From the IMG/VR virus record IMGVR_UViG_3300024255_001771, positions 1 to 64,000 of that record: a DNA stretch of 64,000 bases; one strand, written 5' to 3'. Both the position numbers and the translations under genes were made by a program. The stretch is from an uncultured virus (IMG/VR IMGVR_UViG_3300024255_001771). Its lineage: Duplodnaviria; Heunggongvirae; Uroviricota; Caudoviricetes. The stretch's first letter is position 1, and each line of letters starts with the position of its first letter. Shown in pieces: positions 59,665 to 64,000 of the stretch. The notes below the pieces were generated by a model. It was not told the origin of the DNA. It made no database searches and saw nothing but the letters and a program-made list of their open reading frames with translations.

Positions 59665-60565
59665 GTTATTAGATAGGTTTGAACTACTGTATCCTACTAA
59701 CAGCAAATTAGCAGATCTACGTAGAGCATATATTGACCAAGACATTAGCAGTATATTTAGACTAATGCCTAATCATGTATCTGGAGACATTGAAGAACTT
59801 CGTAAAGCAGTGCTAGAACAAAATTTGCATAGTATCTTTAGATTGTGTAACAACGATGATTTAAGGAAACTTGTACTAGAAGACAATACATGGAAACTTT
59901 GGCCCATACTAGATTGTTACGCTGACACTCAATTTATAGCAGCATTCAAAAGTTTTTTTGTTAATGAAACAAATATTTGGGACGATTGTTTTTCTAGAGG
60001 ACAACTAGAAAGTAAATTATGGTTAGTAAAAGAACTTAGAAAACTTAAGGTTGACTTAGGCACAGTATTCTTGTGTGCAGGTTGGTACGCTACACTAGCT
60101 ACAATGTTATTTGAGAGTAACATTAAAGTAGATAAAGTTAGATCTTTCGACATTGATCCTAGCTGTGTAGATATTGCTGAAGTATTTAACAAGCCTTGGT
60201 TTGTAGATCAATGGCGATTTAAAAGTATTACACAAGATATAATGGATATTGATTATAATGAGCATACATGGCAGTATTGGAGTAACGCAAACAATAGAAT
60301 GAGCTATCCAATTACAGATAGTCCTAATACTATTATAAACACAAGTTGCGAACACATAGAAAACTTTTCAGAATGGTATGATCTAATACCAAACGATAAA
60401 TTAGTAGTTCTACAAAGTAATAATTATTATGAAGTAGAAGAACATGTTAATTGTGTTAAAGACATCAAAGAGTTTGGCAACATGGCACGTATGACAGGTC
60501 CGTTATATGCAGGTGAACTAGAACTGCCCAAGTACAAGAGGTTTATGTTAATTGGATATAAATGA
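59651..60565 (+). CDS. Class I SAM-dependent methyltransferase-like protein
   Basis: GQLESKLWL, LCAGWY, RSFDID, INTSCEH, LQSNNY; ATG 59651 downstream of GGAG. Confidence 0.65.
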   Translation: MKTHELLDRFELLYPTNSKLADLRRAYIDQDISSIFRLMPNHVSGDIEELRKAVLEQNLHSIFRLCNNDDLRKLVLEDNTWKLWPILDCYADTQFIAAFKSFFVNETNIWDDCFSRGQLESKLWLVKELRKLKVDLGTVFLCAGWYATLATMLFESNIKVDKVRSFDIDPSCVDIAEVFNKPWFVDQWRFKSITQDIMDIDYNEHTWQYWSNANNRMSYPITDSPNTIINTSCEHIENFSEWYDLIPNDKLVVLQSNNYYEVEEHVNCVKDIKEFGNMARMTGPLYAGELELPKYKRFMLIGYK

Positions 60566-60776
60566 ACTAAGTGTAAGAGAACTGCAAACAGAGAGTGCTA
60601 GGGCATTGAGTACAATGCAAGCAACCAATAATAATATTTGGCAGTTCAATAAAGTAGCACATCATAACAGTCAAAACTGGTACAAGGCTGTAATCGAATG
60701 GTATGTTGAACAGTACGGCAACCTGCCTAGTAAAGTTGGTCCTGGTAAAGATGTAAAGTTGATAATGGATGTATAG
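60552..60776 (+). CDS. Small hypothetical protein
   Basis: 74 aa, fills the gap and overlaps both neighbours; TTG start. Confidence 0.6.
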   Translation: MDINELSVRELQTESARALSTMQATNNNIWQFNKVAHHNSQNWYKAVIEWYVEQYGNLPSKVGPGKDVKLIMDV

Positions 60777-61836
60777 ATACGAAGATATAAAAACAATACA
60801 CCTTGAGGTTACACAAAACTGCCAAGCCAATTGTCCAATGTGTGACCGTAATATGAACGGCGAAGGATTAAATCCGCACATTAATTTAGATGAACTATCA
60901 TTAGACGATTGCAAAAATATTTTTACAAAAGAATTTATTGCACAATTAGATACAATGTATATGTGTGGCAACTTGGGAGATCCTATCGTTGCTAAAGACA
61001 CATTAGAAATATTTCAATATTTTAGATTACACAATCCTAATATGTGGCTAAGTATGAATACAAACGCAGGGGCAAAAAATGAAAAGTGGTGGAGACAGCT
61101 GGCTGAAGTTTTTGGAAGGATGGGCTCCGTCATATTTAGTGTGGACGGTTTGCGTGACACTAATCATTTATATCGCCAAGGAGTTGTATGGGATAACGTA
61201 GAACGCAACATGCGAGCATTTATTGACGCAGGCGGCAGGGCACGTTGGGACTTTCTAATTTTTGAACACAATCAGCATCAAGTAGATGAAGCGGAAGCAC
61301 TTGCTAACGAATGGGGCTGCGAAAAGTTTATGAAGAAAAAGACTGGACGCTTTATTACACAAGATTCAAAAAAGAAAGAATCTCATCAAGCAGTTGATAA
61401 AAAAGGTAATAAAACTTCTAAACTTAAAAAACCAGATGCAAAATATCAAAACAAAGCAATTAGCAAGCAAGAAGTAATTATTAACAAGTACGGCACTATG
61501 GACGCTTACTATGATGCAGCCCCTATCATTTGTAAAGTAAAGAAAGATAATAGCTTATTCATAACAGCAGAGGGCCTAGCGTTACCTTGTTGTTGGACTG
61601 CTGGCCGAATGTATAAATGGTGGCACAAAGATCCTAAAGTAGAACAAATATGGGACTTTATACCTGATATAAGCGCCTTACAAGCACGGAACGGTTTAGA
61701 AGCAGTGTTTGCTACGGGAATATTTGAACGCATACAAGACAGCTGGACAAAGTCTAGTTGCGGTGACGGCAAGTTAAAAGTGTGTGCAATGAAATGCGGC
61801 GCAGAGTTTGATCCGTTTGCAGAACAATTTAAATAA
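60769..61836 (+). CDS. Radical SAM enzyme 6
   Basis: CQANCPMC, CGNLGDP, SVDG-x3-TNHLYR; C-terminal C...PCC...CAMKC. Confidence 0.92.
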   Translation: MYRYEDIKTIHLEVTQNCQANCPMCDRNMNGEGLNPHINLDELSLDDCKNIFTKEFIAQLDTMYMCGNLGDPIVAKDTLEIFQYFRLHNPNMWLSMNTNAGAKNEKWWRQLAEVFGRMGSVIFSVDGLRDTNHLYRQGVVWDNVERNMRAFIDAGGRARWDFLIFEHNQHQVDEAEALANEWGCEKFMKKKTGRFITQDSKKKESHQAVDKKGNKTSKLKKPDAKYQNKAISKQEVIINKYGTMDAYYDAAPIICKVKKDNSLFITAEGLALPCCWTAGRMYKWWHKDPKVEQIWDFIPDISALQARNGLEAVFATGIFERIQDSWTKSSCGDGKLKVCAMKCGAEFDPFAEQFK

Positions 61837-62437
61837 TAATTTTAGTCTGAGGTTTCTTTTTAAATTGACCATGGTCAAACTTGTTATTGTCTATATTACT
61901 AAGTAATCCTTCAACAGGATATCCTACACCTAATGCTAATCCTATATCTTTGCCTTTGATTTTGTAATTCCTTAATGCTCTTGCTACCTTATTTTTCTTA
62001 TCTTTTCCACTTTCTAACGGATAAAAACATTTACAAAATCCGGTTCGTAGACCAATATTATTTGCAGCCAATGCCATAGCACCAGCAGCCAAACCAATTT
62101 CTGTCATAGTTGTGTTATTGCCTTGACGCTTTTCTTGACTACGTTTTTTTTCGTCTCTGTCTTGTTTTTCAAAAAATGTAAATACCACCGGAGCTAACAT
62201 TTGTGGATTCTTCACTTGTCTACCGTGCCATCCTTTATTAACAGCACTTGCTGTAAGATATTCAATCATTGTCCTATCAGTAAACGCTACTATTTGAAAG
62301 GATGATAAGTTTTGTTTAGTAGGCATTGTATAACCTACATCAAATAGCCAATCAATTATTTCTTGATCTACAGATTTATCAAGATCCCAATTTCTTTGGC
62401 AATGTTGTGTTTGTTCTATTAAGTCTAACCAATTCAT
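61829..62437 (-). CDS. Nitroreductase-like flavoprotein
   Basis: CQRNWD, PTKQN, NPQMLAP, EIGLAAG-x4-AANNIGLRTGFC, LGVGYP; start placed at ATG 62437 because the longer ORF overlaps the next gene. Confidence 0.75.
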   Translation of the reverse strand: MNWLDLIEQTQHCQRNWDLDKSVDQEIIDWLFDVGYTMPTKQNLSSFQIVAFTDRTMIEYLTASAVNKGWHGRQVKNPQMLAPVVFTFFEKQDRDEKKRSQEKRQGNNTTMTEIGLAAGAMALAANNIGLRTGFCKCFYPLESGKDKKNKVARALRNYKIKGKDIGLALGVGYPVEGLLSNIDNNKFDHGQFKKKPQTKIII

Positions 62438-62442
62438 ACAAA

Positions 62443-62466
62443 TATTTATCTTAGAACAAATAAGTA
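62443..62466. promoter_or_regulatory. Divergent late-type promoter pair
   Basis: Minus: TAAATA (62448-62443), 5 nt, ATG 62437. Plus: TAAGTA (62461-62466), 5 nt, ATG 62472. Confidence 0.5.
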
Positions 62467-62471
62467 CAGTT

Positions 62472-63521
62472 ATGCTTACAATTAATGATGTTAAAAAAAT
62501 TGAACTAGAAATTACCAGCGATTGCAATGCAGCCTGTCCAGGCTGTGCTAGAACAATTCATAATGATTTGCTGAGAATAAACAGTTTTTCACTGCAAGAT
62601 CTGCAGAGAATATTTCCTACTACTAATCATATAGCAGATAAAGAATTTAAATTTTGTGGTGTATTAGGCGATCCAGCAATACATCCTCAGCTTGCTGATA
62701 TGTTAGAATACGTATTACAACATGGCGGGAAAGCAAACATTAGTACAAACGGTGCTGTAGGTACAGCAGACATGTGGCGTAGAATAGGCAAACTAGCAAA
62801 CCAGTATCATCAAAAGTTTTTCATGCAATGGTGTATTGATGGTCATAAAGAAACAAATCATATTTATAGAGTAAACACTAAATGGAGTGTTCTTGAAAGA
62901 AATATAAATGCATTTTGTGAAACAGTTGGAGAATATACTCACAAAGCACAATGGGTCTTTATTGTTTTTGATCATAACGAATACGAACTTGATATAGCAA
63001 AACAACATGCTAAACGTTTAGGATTTAAATTTGCTACTCGCACAGGAATGCGTAACAGTTATCATCAATGGATATCTCATATTGGTAAGAAAAACAATAA
63101 AGAAACAAAAGTAATTACTACTACAGGCAAGAACGAACATAAACGTAAAGATGAAGTTTACAAGTTAGATAAACTAATTGCTAATAACGAAGTTGACAAT
63201 AGTATCATTAATACAATTTCATGTAAGTATGTACACGAAGGTGAAATGTTTATTAATGCACAACAACAAATGTGGCCGTGTTGTTTTTTATGGGATAGCG
63301 CATTTAAAGATATAGACAATATGTCAGAAAAACTTAGTGATTATCCTGACAGCTGGAATAGTTTAAAAACACAATCTATAGAAGAAGTTATGCAACAACC
63401 TTACTATATGAATGTACTTGAGGAAAGCTGGAACCCTAAACACAATAAACATATAGAGCGTTGTATAAGAACATGCGCATACAATAAAGCATATCAAAAC
63501 GAAATAGTAGAACAAAAATGA
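62472..63521 (+). CDS. Radical SAM enzyme 7
   Basis: CNAACPGC, CGVLGDP, STNG, IDG-x3-TNHIYR; C-terminal PCC...CIRTC. Confidence 0.92.
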   Translation: MLTINDVKKIELEITSDCNAACPGCARTIHNDLLRINSFSLQDLQRIFPTTNHIADKEFKFCGVLGDPAIHPQLADMLEYVLQHGGKANISTNGAVGTADMWRRIGKLANQYHQKFFMQWCIDGHKETNHIYRVNTKWSVLERNINAFCETVGEYTHKAQWVFIVFDHNEYELDIAKQHAKRLGFKFATRTGMRNSYHQWISHIGKKNNKETKVITTTGKNEHKRKDEVYKLDKLIANNEVDNSIINTISCKYVHEGEMFINAQQQMWPCCFLWDSAFKDIDNMSEKLSDYPDSWNSLKTQSIEEVMQQPYYMNVLEESWNPKHNKHIERCIRTCAYNKAYQNEIVEQK

Positions 63522-64000
63522 GTTGGAAAATTTTAGTTAAAGATCAAGTTAAGGTTCAAATTGAAATGTCTAACTATTGTAATGCTGCTTGTCCGGCTTG
63601 TGCAAGGTCAAAGGTTCGTAAGAATATCAAAGATGAGATGTATCCTATTACATTAAATGATACGTACATAAGTTTAGAACAATTTAAAAGTTGGTTTGAT
63701 AAAGATACTTGGTCAAGTTTAACACATATACATATGTGCGGTAACTACGACGAGGCAACAACTAATCCTGATCTAATTGAAATTGTAAAGTGGATTCTAT
63801 CTAGTGATGATCTATTTCCTATGAAACCTAAGATTTCTATTGCTACTAACGGCGGTACACGCACTAAAGAATTTTGGAAAGAGCTAGGACAAATGTCTGC
63901 CGAATCCGGCAATCGCCTTAATGTAACATGGGGCCTTGATGGGTTTGAAGACACTAATCATCTTTATAGGATAAATGTTGTTTGGAATAGAGTACAAGAA
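63518..64000 (+). CDS. Radical SAM enzyme 8 (partial, runs off the window; absent from the ORF track)
   Basis: Own translation from ATG 63518 (ATGA overlap): MSWKILVKDQVKVQIEMSNYCNAACPACAR...CGNYDE...ATNGG...GLDGFEDTNHLYR. Confidence 0.9.
   Translation, partial: MSWKILVKDQVKVQIEMSNYCNAACPACARSKVRKNIKDEMYPITLNDTYISLEQFKSWFDKDTWSSLTHIHMCGNYDEATTNPDLIEIVKWILSSDDLFPMKPKISIATNGGTRTKEFWKELGQMSAESGNRLNVTWGLDGFEDTNHLYRINVVWNRVQE

Noticed and set aside
62438..62527. N-terminal 30 aa of the listed 232-aa nitroreductase ORF (hydrophobic, signal-like)
   Set aside because: Overlaps radical SAM 7 on the other strand; ATG 62437 with a promoter box just upstream is the better start
2712..63954. Many short antisense or alternate-frame ORFs nested in long genes (e.g. 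2712-3047, 8128-8508, 28380-28763, 36499-36957, 60567-61001, 63745-63954)
   Set aside because: Shadows of codon bias in well-supported genes; no RBS or motifs
45126..64000. Assigning the radical SAM genes to MoaA, PqqE, NrdG, QueE or a RiPP pathway
   Set aside because: No partner genes for those pathways are present. The small ORF 60552-60776 lacks obvious precursor-peptide features, though it cannot be fully excluded.
1..64000. Stop-codon reassignment, inteins or introns in the large genes
   Set aside because: Genes are intact and tightly packed under the standard code; no intein or LAGLIDADG motifs or split genes were recognised

Overview
Fragment of a large, AT-rich T4-like (myovirus, probably jumbo) phage genome read in the standard code. 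From left to right: (i) about 330 nt of non-coding, hairpin-rich sequence, cut by the window edge, directly downstream of a compact GIY-YIG nuclease gene; (ii) a minus-strand block with gp46/gp47 (Rad50/Mre11-like) and a gp55-like late sigma factor, with perfect TTGACA-N17-TATAAT promoters before gp47 and gp55; (iii) a 36-kb plus-strand baseplate/tail-fibre module preceded by TAAATA late-promoter boxes, containing a tube initiator, a gp53-like protein, a hub-M15 peptidase fusion, a gp5-like spike with a lysozyme-like domain, gp25, gp6, a 5294-aa gp7-like giant and five fibre-like proteins; (iv) from 41.5 kb to beyond the window end, a tightly packed modification island with at least 8 radical SAM enzymes, about 7 glycosyltransferase-like proteins, 2 SGNH-like proteins, a UDP-glucose dehydrogenase, a methyltransferase and a nitroreductase. 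The two strongest candidates for new biology are the GIY-YIG plus structured-RNA unit and the radical SAM/glycosylation island. All product calls come from motif recognition by eye; no database searches were run.
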